The position numbers were made by a program, and so were the translations under genes. Under the pieces are notes generated by a model that ran no database searches, was not told the DNA's origin, and saw only the letters and a program-made list of their open reading frames with translations. From Candidatus Eiseniibacteriota bacterium (lineage in GTDB: Bacteria; Eisenbacteria; RBG-16-71-46), in contig CAVSAC010000012.1 in assembly GCA_963725865.1 (NCBI GenBank), forward strand, positions 1,152,001 to 1,216,000: 64,000 bases of DNA. Direction: 5' to 3'. Numbering within the stretch: the stretch's first letter is position 1; every line of letters begins with the position of its first letter. This document shows positions 19,437 through 28,303 of the stretch, in pieces.

Positions 19437-21839
19437 ATGGGCGGACGCACGGCGGTGGGCGCGGCGGTGCTGGTGTGGCTCGGGCTGCTGGCCGGCGCCG
19501 GCGTGGGAGCTGCGCTCGTGGCGCCGCTGCTCGTGGGGGCGCTCGCGCTGGTTCCGGTCGCGGCCCGTCGGGGCGCCCGCGGGGCGACCCCGGCGCTCTT
19601 GCTCGCGCTGGTGCTCGCCGCGCTCGCGCGGGCCGGGGCCCATCGCGCGCGGCTCGAACTGGAGCGCGACGCCATCGAGCGCGGCGGCGAGTGGTTCCGC
19701 ATCGAGGGCCGGATCGAGGAGCCGCCCCAACGCGCTTCGGGCGAGCCGCTCGCGGTCCTCGCCGTCGAGCGCGCGACACCCGCGCTGCCGCGCGGCGCGC
19801 GCGTGCGGGTGCGGCTGCCAGCCGGCGATCGCTCCGAGTGGGGCGACCGCGTGCGTGTGCTGGCGCGGCTCGAGGCGCCGCTCGCCGTGCGCGATCCGGG
19901 TGGCTTCGACGCCCGCGGCGCCGCGGACGCCGCGCGCGTCTGCGCGACCGGCCGGGCGGTGGCGGTGGACTCGCTCGGCGTGGCGGCCACGTTCGGCTGG
20001 CCGCGCGCCTCGGTGGCGCGCGTGCGGCGCGGCTTCGAGCGCGTGTACGCCAGCGCGCTCGGCGACGAGGCTCGTGCGCTCGTGGTGCCGCTGGTCACCG
20101 GCGACCGCTCCGACATGCCCCCCGGGCTCGAGGCCGACTTCCGTACCTCCGGGCTGGTCCACCTGCTGGCGCTCTCGGGGCTGCACGTCGTGTGGCTGGC
20201 GGCGCTCGCGCGCGGACTCGCGGCGGCGCTCGGGGGCGGTATCCGCGCGCGCGCGCTGGCGGGGGCGGCGTGCGCGCTCGGCTACCTCGGCCTTGCGGGG
20301 CCGCTGCCTTCGCTGGCGCGCGCGGCGCTCGGCGAGCTGGTGGCGGCGACCGCGGCGGTGCGCGGGCGCGCGCTGGATCCGTTGCAGGCGCTCGCGCTGG
20401 CCGCGCTGATGCTGCTCGCGCGCGCGCCCGGCTGGGCCCACGATGTCGGCTTCCAGCTCTCGTGCGCCGCCACGCTCGGGCTGGTGACCGTGGGGGCCTG
20501 GCTCGATGCGCGGGCCGGGCGCTGGCGCGCGTGGGTCGCCCCGTTCACTCCCACGCTCGGGGCCCAGATCGGCGCGCTCCCGGTGCTGCTGGGGCGCTTC
20601 CACGCGGTGTCGTGGGTGGCGGCGATCGCGAACCTGGTCGCGGTGCCGGTCTCGGGACTGCTGCTCGCGGCGGCGTGGATCGGCGCGCTGCTCGAGCTCG
20701 CATGGCCGGGGGCCGGGCACCGCTGCCTGGCGGCCTGCGAGCCGCTCGCGCGCCTGCTGCGCGCGACGGCGGCACTCGCCGCGCGGGTGCCGGGGGCGCT
20801 GGTGCCCAGCGGGAGCGAGGCCGCGATCCCGTGGCTCGCGGCGGCCGGCGCGGCGGCCCTGATGGCGGCGCTGGTGCCGCCGCGCACGCTGGCGGCGCGG
20901 GCGGCGTCCACGCCGCCTGCGCGGCGGCTCGCGGCGTGGGCGGGCGCGCTCGCGCTCGCGCTGGCGGTCGCTCTCGCGCTCACCGCGCCGCCGCTGCGGC
21001 CCCCGCCCGGGTGCACGTGGGTGGTGGTGCTCGACGTGGGGCAGGGGGATGCGATCGCGCTCGCGCACGGCGACGCGTGGTGGCTGGTGGACGCCGGTCC
21101 GCGCTCGCCGCGCTTCGACGCGGGGCAGAACGTGGTGCTGCCGTTCCTGCGCTGGGCCGCGGTGCGCCGACTCGCAGGGCTGGTCGTGACGCACGACGAC
21201 AACGACCATCGCGGTGGCGTGCCCGCGGTGCGCGGCGGCGTCGCGGTGACGCGCGTGTGGGCTCCGGTGCCGCGACCCGGGGCGCCCGGCCCCGCGCAGC
21301 GCTTCCACGCGCGCGGCACGGCGCGCGGCGACACGCTGGATCCGGCGATGCCGCTGCGGGTGTTGTGGCCGCCCCGCGAGGGTCCGCCGCTCGCGGACGC
21401 GGTCAGCACGCCGGGCAACCAGGCGGCGGTCGTGCTCGAGGCGGGCGCCGGAGCGGGCCGCGCGCTGCTGATGGCCGACGCCGACAGCGTGGTGGAGGGG
21501 GCACTCGCGGTCGCGGGTGGCGTCGCGGTGCTGAAGGCCGGCCACCACGGCGCGGGCTCCTCGAGCGGCGCGGCGTTCCTGGCGCGCATGCGTCCGGTGG
21601 TCGCCGCGATCTCGTGCGGCCGGCGCAACCCGTTCGGCCACCCGAGCCCGGGCGCGCTGGCGCGCCTCGCGGCCGCCGGCGCGCGACTCGATCGCACCGA
21701 TCGCGGCGGCGCGCTGTGGTACGAGCTGGATGCGCGCGGCGTGCGCGACGTGGAGTGGCGGCGCGGGCCGCCGCCGCGCGTCGCGCACGCGCCACCCGGT
21801 CGCTCGGCCGGCGCGGCGCGCGCGCCCTCGGCATGGTGA
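19437..21839 (+). CDS. comEC: DNA uptake competence protein ComEC/Rec2
   Basis: OB region (RDPGGFD), competence domain SGLVHLLALSGLHV and DVGFQLS, metallo-beta-lactamase domain LDVGQGDA, THDDNDHRGG, KAGHHG, NPFGHP. Confidence 0.92.
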   Translation: MGGRTAVGAAVLVWLGLLAGAGVGAALVAPLLVGALALVPVAARRGARGATPALLLALVLAALARAGAHRARLELERDAIERGGEWFRIEGRIEEPPQRASGEPLAVLAVERATPALPRGARVRVRLPAGDRSEWGDRVRVLARLEAPLAVRDPGGFDARGAADAARVCATGRAVAVDSLGVAATFGWPRASVARVRRGFERVYASALGDEARALVVPLVTGDRSDMPPGLEADFRTSGLVHLLALSGLHVVWLAALARGLAAALGGGIRARALAGAACALGYLGLAGPLPSLARAALGELVAATAAVRGRALDPLQALALAALMLLARAPGWAHDVGFQLSCAATLGLVTVGAWLDARAGRWRAWVAPFTPTLGAQIGALPVLLGRFHAVSWVAAIANLVAVPVSGLLLAAAWIGALLELAWPGAGHRCLAACEPLARLLRATAALAARVPGALVPSGSEAAIPWLAAAGAAALMAALVPPRTLAARAASTPPARRLAAWAGALALALAVALALTAPPLRPPPGCTWVVVLDVGQGDAIALAHGDAWWLVDAGPRSPRFDAGQNVVLPFLRWAAVRRLAGLVVTHDDNDHRGGVPAVRGGVAVTRVWAPVPRPGAPGPAQRFHARGTARGDTLDPAMPLRVLWPPREGPPLADAVSTPGNQAAVVLEAGAGAGRALLMADADSVVEGALAVAGGVAVLKAGHHGAGSSSGAAFLARMRPVVAAISCGRRNPFGHPSPGALARLAAAGARLDRTDRGGALWYELDARGVRDVEWRRGPPPRVAHAPPGRSAGAARAPSAW

Positions 21840-21950
21840 GCGGGCGGGCGCCGCGCGGCGCGGTCCGCTCGCGCGGGCCGGCGCGCGGTCCGCTCGCGCA
21901 GGCCCGCGCGCGGCTCACGCACGCGACGACGCACCCGCACGGCACGACGC

Positions 21951-21979
21951 TTGCCCGCCTCCCGAGCGCTTGCTAGATT
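21951..21979 (+). promoter_or_regulatory. sigma70-type promoter with extended -10, likely leaderless purN
   Basis: TTGCCC-N17-TAGATT with TG at 21971-72; GTG start 5 nt downstream. Confidence 0.55.
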
Positions 21980-21984
21980 GCGGC

Positions 21985-22623
21985 GTGCTCTCCTCCACGC
22001 GCACGCTGGCCGTGCTCGCCTCCGGCCGCGGCAGCAACTTCGAGGCGCTCGCCCAGGCCGCCCGCCGGGGCGCCCTCGGCGGCCGCATCGCGGTGCTCGC
22101 GTGCGACGTCCCCGACGCCGGCGTGCTCGAGCGCGCGCAGCGACTCGACATCGAGGCGCTCACCCTGCCCACCGGCCCGCTCCGCACCCGGCTCGCCGAC
22201 GAGCAGCCATGGATCGACGCGCTGCGCGGGCGCGGCGTGGACACCGTGCTGCTCGCCGGGTTCATGCGCCGGTTGCACGCGCGGTTCCTGACCGCGTTCG
22301 CGGGACGCATCCTCAACCTCCACCCCTCGCTGCTGCCCGCGTTCCCGGGGCTCGACGCGATCCGCCACGCGTGGATCCACGGCGCCCGGGTCACCGGCTG
22401 CACGGTGCACGTGGTGGACGACACCCTGGACGGCGGCCCGATCGTGGCCCAGGCCGCGGTGGCGGTGCGCGACGACGACACGCTGGAGACCCTGGAGGCG
22501 CGCGTCCACGAGGCCGAGCACGCGCTCTACCCCGACGCGGTGCGGCGCTTCCTCACCGAGCCGTTCCGGATCGAGGGCCGCCGGCTCGTGTTCGGCGTCG
22601 CCAGCGAGGCGCGCCATGGCTGA
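21985..22623 (+). CDS. purN: Phosphoribosylglycinamide formyltransferase
   Basis: AVLASGRGSNF, LAGFMR, NLHPSLLPAFPG, TGCTVH, DGGPIVAQ. Confidence 0.95.
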   Translation: MLSSTRTLAVLASGRGSNFEALAQAARRGALGGRIAVLACDVPDAGVLERAQRLDIEALTLPTGPLRTRLADEQPWIDALRGRGVDTVLLAGFMRRLHARFLTAFAGRILNLHPSLLPAFPGLDAIRHAWIHGARVTGCTVHVVDDTLDGGPIVAQAAVAVRDDDTLETLEARVHEAEHALYPDAVRRFLTEPFRIEGRRLVFGVASEARHG

Positions 22624-23368
22624 GCGACCGCTGCTCGAAGCGGTGGTGTTCGACGCCGGCGGCACGCTGGTGCGGCTCGACTACGAATGGATGAGCGACG
22701 CGATCGCCGATCTCGGTCGCACCGTGCCGCCGCACGCCCTGCGGCGCGGCGAGATCGCCGGACGGCGCGCCTACGACGCCAGCCGTGGCCAGCCGGGAGC
22801 GCTCGATCCGCAGTTCGCAGCACTCGGCCTGCAGGGCGACACCACCGCGTACTTCGTGGCGATGCTGGCGGCCGCCGGAGTGAAGGAGGCGATGATCGCG
22901 CCGCTGCTCGAGCGCTTCGTGGCGCGCCATCGCGAGCGCGGCCTGTGGACCCGCCCGGCCGAGGGCGCGCGGCGCACGCTCGACGCGCTGCGCGAGGGGC
23001 CTCTGCGGCTCGCGTGCGTCTCGAACTCCGACGGTCGCGCCGATCGCGCGCTCACCGACTGCGGGGTGCGCGACGGCCTCGAGTTCGTGGTCGACTCCCA
23101 GGTGGTCGGGATCGAGAAGCCCGACCCCGGCATCTTCCGGATCGCCCTCGAGCGGCTCGGCGTGCCCGCGGACCGCGCGCTCTACGTGGGCGACCTCCGC
23201 GCCGTCGACGAGGTCGGCGCGCGGGCGGCGGGGATGCACTTCGTGCTGATCGACCCCTGGATGGACTACGGAGCGGACGGCGCGCGCATCGCCGCGATCG
23301 ACGCGCTGCCGGCCTGGCTCGCGGAGCGTTTCACGCTGCCGGCGGACCGCGCCGGCGGCTCGCGATAG
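22616..23368 (+). CDS. HAD-superfamily hydrolase
   Basis: VFDAGGTL, VSNSD, EKPDPGIF, YVGD...DEVGA. Confidence 0.9.
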   Translation: MAERPLLEAVVFDAGGTLVRLDYEWMSDAIADLGRTVPPHALRRGEIAGRRAYDASRGQPGALDPQFAALGLQGDTTAYFVAMLAAAGVKEAMIAPLLERFVARHRERGLWTRPAEGARRTLDALREGPLRLACVSNSDGRADRALTDCGVRDGLEFVVDSQVVGIEKPDPGIFRIALERLGVPADRALYVGDLRAVDEVGARAAGMHFVLIDPWMDYGADGARIAAIDALPAWLAERFTLPADRAGGSR

Positions 23369-23471
23369 CACGCCGCGGCGAACCGCGGCCGGTCGCCCGC
23401 GCGGACCCAGCGGCGCCGCGCGGAACACCACCCAGCGCGCCGTCCCGTGAGGCGGCGGAGGAGGAGCACGC

Positions 23472-24410
23472 ATGAGTCCCGGTCCCACGACCATCGCCAT
23501 CCCGGCCGCCTGGCTCGACCCCGCGCGCGCCATGTCGGAGATCGAGGTGCCGGGTGTCCGCCCCTGGCGTCGCGGCAAGGTGCGCGCGGTGTACGAGGCC
23601 GGCCCGGCCCATCTCGTGATCGTCGCCAGCGACCGCCTGTCGGCGTACGACTCGATCCTGCCCACGCCGATCCCGGGCAAGGGCGCGATCCTGTCGAGCA
23701 TCTCCGCGTTCTGGATGCGCACGCTGGCGAGCGCCGCGCCCCACCACCTGGTGAGCGACGACCCGGCCACCTTCCCGGCGCCGTTCGCGGCCGCCGCCGC
23801 CACGCTCGGCGGACGCGCGCAGTACGTGCGGCGCGCCGAGCGCATCGACATCGAGTGCGTGGTGCGTGGGTACCTCACCGGCTCGGGCTGGAAGGAGTAC
23901 CAGCGGAGCGGCACGGTGTGCGGGCTCGCACTGCCGCCTGGATTGCGCGACGGCTCGCGGCTCACGCCCGCGATCTTCACGCCCGCGACCAAGAACGACT
24001 CCGGCCACGACGAGAACATCGCGTTCGAGAGCATGGTGGAGCGGGTGGGCGGCTCGACCGCCGACGCGCTGCGCGCCCGCAGCCTGGCGATCTACGAGGA
24101 GGCGCGCGCCCACGCGTGGGACCGCGCCCTGGTGCTCGCCGACACCAAGTTCGAGTTCGGTCGCGTGGACGGCGCGCTCGCGCTGATCGACGAGGCGCTC
24201 ACGCCCGACTCGTCGCGCTACTGGGACCGCGACGCCTACGAGGCGGGGCGGTTGGAGTCGTTCGACAAGCAGGTCGTGCGCGACTGGCTCGATGCCAGCG
24301 GATGGGACCACGAGCCGCCGGCGCCCGCGTTGCCGGCCGACGTGGTGCGGCGCACCCAGGAGCGCTATCTCGAGGCGATCCGCCGCCTCAGCGGTCCGCG
24401 GACGCGATGA
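23472..24410 (+). CDS. purC: SAICAR synthase
   Basis: GKVRAVY, SDRLSAYD, ECVVRGYLTGSGW, FTPATK, ADTKFEFG, DEALTPDSSR, SFDKQ. Confidence 0.96.
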   Translation: MSPGPTTIAIPAAWLDPARAMSEIEVPGVRPWRRGKVRAVYEAGPAHLVIVASDRLSAYDSILPTPIPGKGAILSSISAFWMRTLASAAPHHLVSDDPATFPAPFAAAAATLGGRAQYVRRAERIDIECVVRGYLTGSGWKEYQRSGTVCGLALPPGLRDGSRLTPAIFTPATKNDSGHDENIAFESMVERVGGSTADALRARSLAIYEEARAHAWDRALVLADTKFEFGRVDGALALIDEALTPDSSRYWDRDAYEAGRLESFDKQVVRDWLDASGWDHEPPAPALPADVVRRTQERYLEAIRRLSGPRTR

Positions 24411-24511
24411 GCCTCGCCCGGGTGCGGCTCCGCGGCGAGATCACCGCCATCCGCGACGCCGGCAACGTGGAGGATCCCGTGGACATCGCATCGACCGGAG
24501 GCGGAGGATGA
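24407..24511 (+). other. 34-codon mini-ORF bridging purC and purH
   Basis: MSLARVRLRGEITAIRDAGNVEDPVDIASTGGGG; ATGA overlaps with both the purC stop and the purH start. Confidence 0.4.
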
Positions 24512-26040
24512 GCTGGCCGCAGGCCGCACTGCTGTCGCTGTCCGACAAGACCGGCGCGGTGCCGTTCGCCCGCGCGCTGGCCGCGCGGGGCACGCGCCTG
24601 CTGGCGAGCGGGGGCACCGCGAAGCAGCTCGCTGACGCCGGGCTCGCGGTCACGCCGCTCGAGGAGTGGACCGGGTTCGGCGAGCTGCTGGGCGGTCGCG
24701 TGAAGACGCTCCACCCGCACGTGCACGGACCGATCCTCGCGCGGCGCGACGTGGCCGCCGATCTCGCGACGCTGTCGGAGCGGGGGCTGGTCCCGATCGA
24801 CCTGGTGGCGGTCTCGCTCTACCCGTTCGAGGAGCGCGGGGTGACGCTCGACGATGCCGGCATGATCGAGGAGATCGACATCGGCGGCGTGGCACTGCTG
24901 CGAGCCGCGGCCAAGAACCACGCCGGCGTGATCGTGGTGCACGACCCGTCGCAGTACGCCGAGGTACTGAGCGCGCTCGAAGCGGGCGGCCCGAGTCTCG
25001 AGCAGCGCCGCGCATGGGCCGTACGCGCGTTCGCGCGGACCGCGCGCTACGACGCCGCGATCGCGGCCGAGCTGGCCCGGCGCGCCGCCGGCGCGGACGC
25101 GCCTCCGGTGCACGTGGTCGCGCTGGAGCGCGCCCGCACGCTGCGCTACGGCGAGAACCCGCATCAGAGCGCGGCGCTCTACGCGCCGGCCGGCCGCGCC
25201 GCAGCGCTGGAGGCCTGGCGGGAGGGCAAGGAGCTCTCGTACAACAACCTGCTCGACCTCGAGGCCGCGGTCGAGCTGGTCGCGCGCTTCGAGGCCCCCG
25301 CGTGTGTGATCGTGAAGCACAACCAGCCGTGCGGCGTCGCCTGCGCCGCGACGCCGACCGAGGCGTACGACCTGGCGCTGCGTTCCGACGAGCAGTCGGC
25401 GTTCGGAGGCATCGTGGCGTTCAACCGGTCGCTCGACGGGACCACCGCCGAGCACCTGGCGAAGCTGTTCGTGGAGTGCGTCGCGGCCCCCGCGTTCGAG
25501 CCCGCGGCCGATGAGGCGCTGCGCTCCAAGAAGAACCTGCGGATCGTGCGGCTGACCGCCGCCGAGCTCGCGAGCGGCGAGCCGTGGCGGGTCCGCTTCG
25601 TGGGGCCGTGGGGATTGCTGCAACGCGAGTCCGCCGACCCGCCGCCGGATTGGAGGCTGGTGACCGAGCGCGCCCCGGAGCCCGAGGAGCTGCGCGCCCT
25701 GCGCTTCGCGTGGGAGGTGGCGGCCGCCGCGCGCTCGAACGCGATCGCGCTCGCCCGCGGCACCTGGCTGGTGGGGCTGGGGTCGGGGCAGACCTCGCGC
25801 GTGGACGCGGTGGACGTCGCGCTCATGAAGGCCCGGCGCGCCGGGCACGACCTGAGCGGCGCGGTGCTGGCGAGTGACGGGTTCTTCCCGTTCGCCGACA
25901 ACATCGAGCACGCCGCCGAGGCGGGGATCACCGCGGTCGTGCAGCCCGGCGGTTCGGTGCGGGACAACGAGGTCATCGACGCCTGCGAGCGGCTCGAGAT
26001 CGCCATGATGTTCACCGATCGAAGGACGTTCCGGCACTAG
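24508..26040 (+). CDS. purH: Bifunctional AICAR transformylase / IMP cyclohydrolase
   Basis: ALLSLSDKTG, GGRVKTLHP, IDIGG, LRYGENPHQ, KELSYNN, GQTSRVD, ASDGFFPF, QPGGSVRD, RTFRH. Confidence 0.96.
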   Translation: MSWPQAALLSLSDKTGAVPFARALAARGTRLLASGGTAKQLADAGLAVTPLEEWTGFGELLGGRVKTLHPHVHGPILARRDVAADLATLSERGLVPIDLVAVSLYPFEERGVTLDDAGMIEEIDIGGVALLRAAAKNHAGVIVVHDPSQYAEVLSALEAGGPSLEQRRAWAVRAFARTARYDAAIAAELARRAAGADAPPVHVVALERARTLRYGENPHQSAALYAPAGRAAALEAWREGKELSYNNLLDLEAAVELVARFEAPACVIVKHNQPCGVACAATPTEAYDLALRSDEQSAFGGIVAFNRSLDGTTAEHLAKLFVECVAAPAFEPAADEALRSKKNLRIVRLTAAELASGEPWRVRFVGPWGLLQRESADPPPDWRLVTERAPEPEELRALRFAWEVAAAARSNAIALARGTWLVGLGSGQTSRVDAVDVALMKARRAGHDLSGAVLASDGFFPFADNIEHAAEAGITAVVQPGGSVRDNEVIDACERLEIAMMFTDRRTFRH

Positions 26041-26236
26041 GATTGGGTTATCATCTGCGGGCCCGCTCCGGCGACGGGGCGGCGGTGGACCCAAGGTGGG
26101 GACCCCGGGCGCGGTCGCGAGTCCGCCCCGGATGGCATGCGCACCCGCGGATGCGCGCACGAACGAACCACGTCCCCCCCCGGGCGGCGGTCAGCATCTC
26201 GGATCCTCGGCACCCGACCCGGACTGGAACCATCCC

Positions 26237-28123
26237 GTGAAGCGCCCCTTCGGTCTCCCCACCGCGGCGGTGGGGCACACGCTCCTCCCGTGGTCCCTCG
26301 CCCTGCTGATGTGCTGGGCGGGTGCCGCCGCGGCGTTCATCCCGTGCGCGAACGTGACGCCGGCCGGGGGGTCCGCCGGCGACTTCACGATCGTGAAGCG
26401 CGCGAGCGTCTACCACGTGTTCCACACCCTGCGCTCCGGCGACGAGGTCAACTGCCTGGGCCACGAGACGTCGACCGACCTGTACCACTGGACCACCCGC
26501 GCCGACGTCCTCATCGGCACCCAGGCGAGCGCGCCCGGCACCCCCGACGGACGCAACGGGTGGAACCGCGACCTGGTGTGGGCGCCGTCGATCGTGCTGA
26601 GCAACGGGACCTACTACATGTTCTACACCGGAGGGCGCCGGCGACCGAGCGCGTCGAGCTGCCCGGGGCAGATTTACCAGGAGCTGGGCGTGGCCACCTC
26701 CACGGATCTCTACACGTGGCGGCTGGAGCTCGATCCGTGGCTCGTCCCGGGCAAGGTGCCGTGGGCGCTCCAGGACACCTGCAGCTACGACTTCGGGAAC
26801 TTCCGCGATCCGTTCGTGACGCGCGACCCGGCCACCGGCGGCTGGTTGATGTACTACACCACCATCCCGAGCGCCGCCGCCGTCGCGGCGAACGTGGGGT
26901 GCACGAGCGCCTGCTCCGGCGGCTGCGGGTACTCGTCGTCGCGCTTCGTGCTCGGGGTGGCCCGCGCTCCGTCGGGCTTCACCCACGCGGCGGACTGGAC
27001 CGACCTCAAGCCGCTCTGGCAGACGTACCAGACGTATCCGGGGAGCGCCTGCTACCGGACGTGGGAGTCGCCGCACGTGTTCAAGCGGACCTGGAACGGC
27101 TCCGACCTCTGGTACCTGCTCGCGAGCGCTGGCACTGGCCTCTATGCCACCGACCTCGTCATCATGACCAGCGCGGTCGCGCCGACCGCCGACCCCTCGG
27201 CGTGGACGTTCCGCGGCCGCCTCGACGAGCAGCACATCTGCGATCCGTACGGCAACCAGCTGGCCCTCTACGAGAGCTACGGGTGGGTCGCGAGCGAGTA
27301 CTTCCAGGACCCCGACGACGGCCGCGAGTACCTCGCGAACTGCACCGGCTACCCGATCCAGATCCGCCAGATCCTCTGGCGGTCGAGCGGCGATGGCTTC
27401 GATCTGGTGGAGCCGTTCCACGTGCTGGCGGTGACGCCGGACCGGTCGTCGGCGATCAGCGGCACGACCGTGAATCTCACGTTCAGCGGGCGCAACTGCG
27501 TGGATGCGATCGGGCCGCGCACCGTGCCGATCGAGGTGGTGCGCCTGGACGAGGACGGCAACCCGCTCGGCCTCGTCCCGACCAGCGCGATCGGGCTGCC
27601 GGCCACCGTGACGCTGACCGAGGACCAGACGGTCCTGCGCTGGGCCTGTCGCGAGTGGCCGCTCGGGCACGTCCTCAACCTGCGCGTCCGCCTCAAGGAC
27701 AAGAGCACCGGGATCAGCAGCCCGATCATCACCGTGAGGCCGGTGGCCGGCGGCGGCGGCCGCCGCCCGCGGATGCTCCCCGACGGCGTGGCCGCGGACC
27801 CGGGCGTGGAGCGCGAGACGGACGCCGCACCCGCGGCGCCGGAGTTCGGGCTGCGCGTGCAGGGCGCCGCCTCGGCGGCGGACGGTGTGGACCTGCGGAT
27901 CGAGCTGCCCGCGGCGCAGCGCGCGCGGCTCGATGTCTACGACCTCGGCGGCCGCCGGGTCCGCGAGCTCGCGGCGCGCGTCCTGCCGGCGGGCCCGAGC
28001 GTGATGCACTGGGACCTGAACGGCGCCGACGGCCGCCGGGCGGCCGCGGGCGTGTACTTCGCGCGGCTCGTCACCGCGGAGGACGCGCGCACCGCGCGGA
28101 TCGTGGTGCCGTCCGGGCGCTGA
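26237..28123 (+). CDS. Secreted GH32/GH43-like five-bladed beta-propeller protein with C-terminal FlgD-like (T9SS-type) domain
   Basis: Signal peptide; GDFT, WAPSIV, FRDPFV, WESPHVF propeller motifs; C-terminal LDVYDLGGRRVREL...WD...GRRAAAGVYFARL. Start uncertain. Confidence 0.7.
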   Translation: MKRPFGLPTAAVGHTLLPWSLALLMCWAGAAAAFIPCANVTPAGGSAGDFTIVKRASVYHVFHTLRSGDEVNCLGHETSTDLYHWTTRADVLIGTQASAPGTPDGRNGWNRDLVWAPSIVLSNGTYYMFYTGGRRRPSASSCPGQIYQELGVATSTDLYTWRLELDPWLVPGKVPWALQDTCSYDFGNFRDPFVTRDPATGGWLMYYTTIPSAAAVAANVGCTSACSGGCGYSSSRFVLGVARAPSGFTHAADWTDLKPLWQTYQTYPGSACYRTWESPHVFKRTWNGSDLWYLLASAGTGLYATDLVIMTSAVAPTADPSAWTFRGRLDEQHICDPYGNQLALYESYGWVASEYFQDPDDGREYLANCTGYPIQIRQILWRSSGDGFDLVEPFHVLAVTPDRSSAISGTTVNLTFSGRNCVDAIGPRTVPIEVVRLDEDGNPLGLVPTSAIGLPATVTLTEDQTVLRWACREWPLGHVLNLRVRLKDKSTGISSPIITVRPVAGGGGRRPRMLPDGVAADPGVERETDAAPAAPEFGLRVQGAASAADGVDLRIELPAAQRARLDVYDLGGRRVRELAARVLPAGPSVMHWDLNGADGRRAAAGVYFARLVTAEDARTARIVVPSGR

Positions 28124-28303
28124 GCGGCTCGCCGTCCGGGCCTCCGCGCGCCCGGGTTGATGCGCGGTCGCCCGCCGGTGCACACTGCCGCGCGACATCT
28201 GCTTCCGCGCGATCGTGTGGTTCCGTCGAGGACCGCGCGCGTCCGTCGGAGCCCCAAGCGCGCACTCGCACGATCCGGTCGGACAGGAGGGACCCCGCCG
28301 CCC

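Noticed and set aside
16104..21788. 1894-aa minus-strand ORF and other very long antisense or alternate-frame ORFs (26051..30874, 34073..37246, 43522..47175)
   Set aside because: Shadow ORFs expected in very GC-rich DNA: R/A/G/P-rich, no motifs, and they overlap well-supported genes.
21840..21984. ZTP or purine riboswitch upstream of the pur genes
   Set aside because: No recognisable consensus; the promoter abuts the start codon, leaving no leader. Only a short direct repeat (gcgcggtccgctcgcgc twice) is present.
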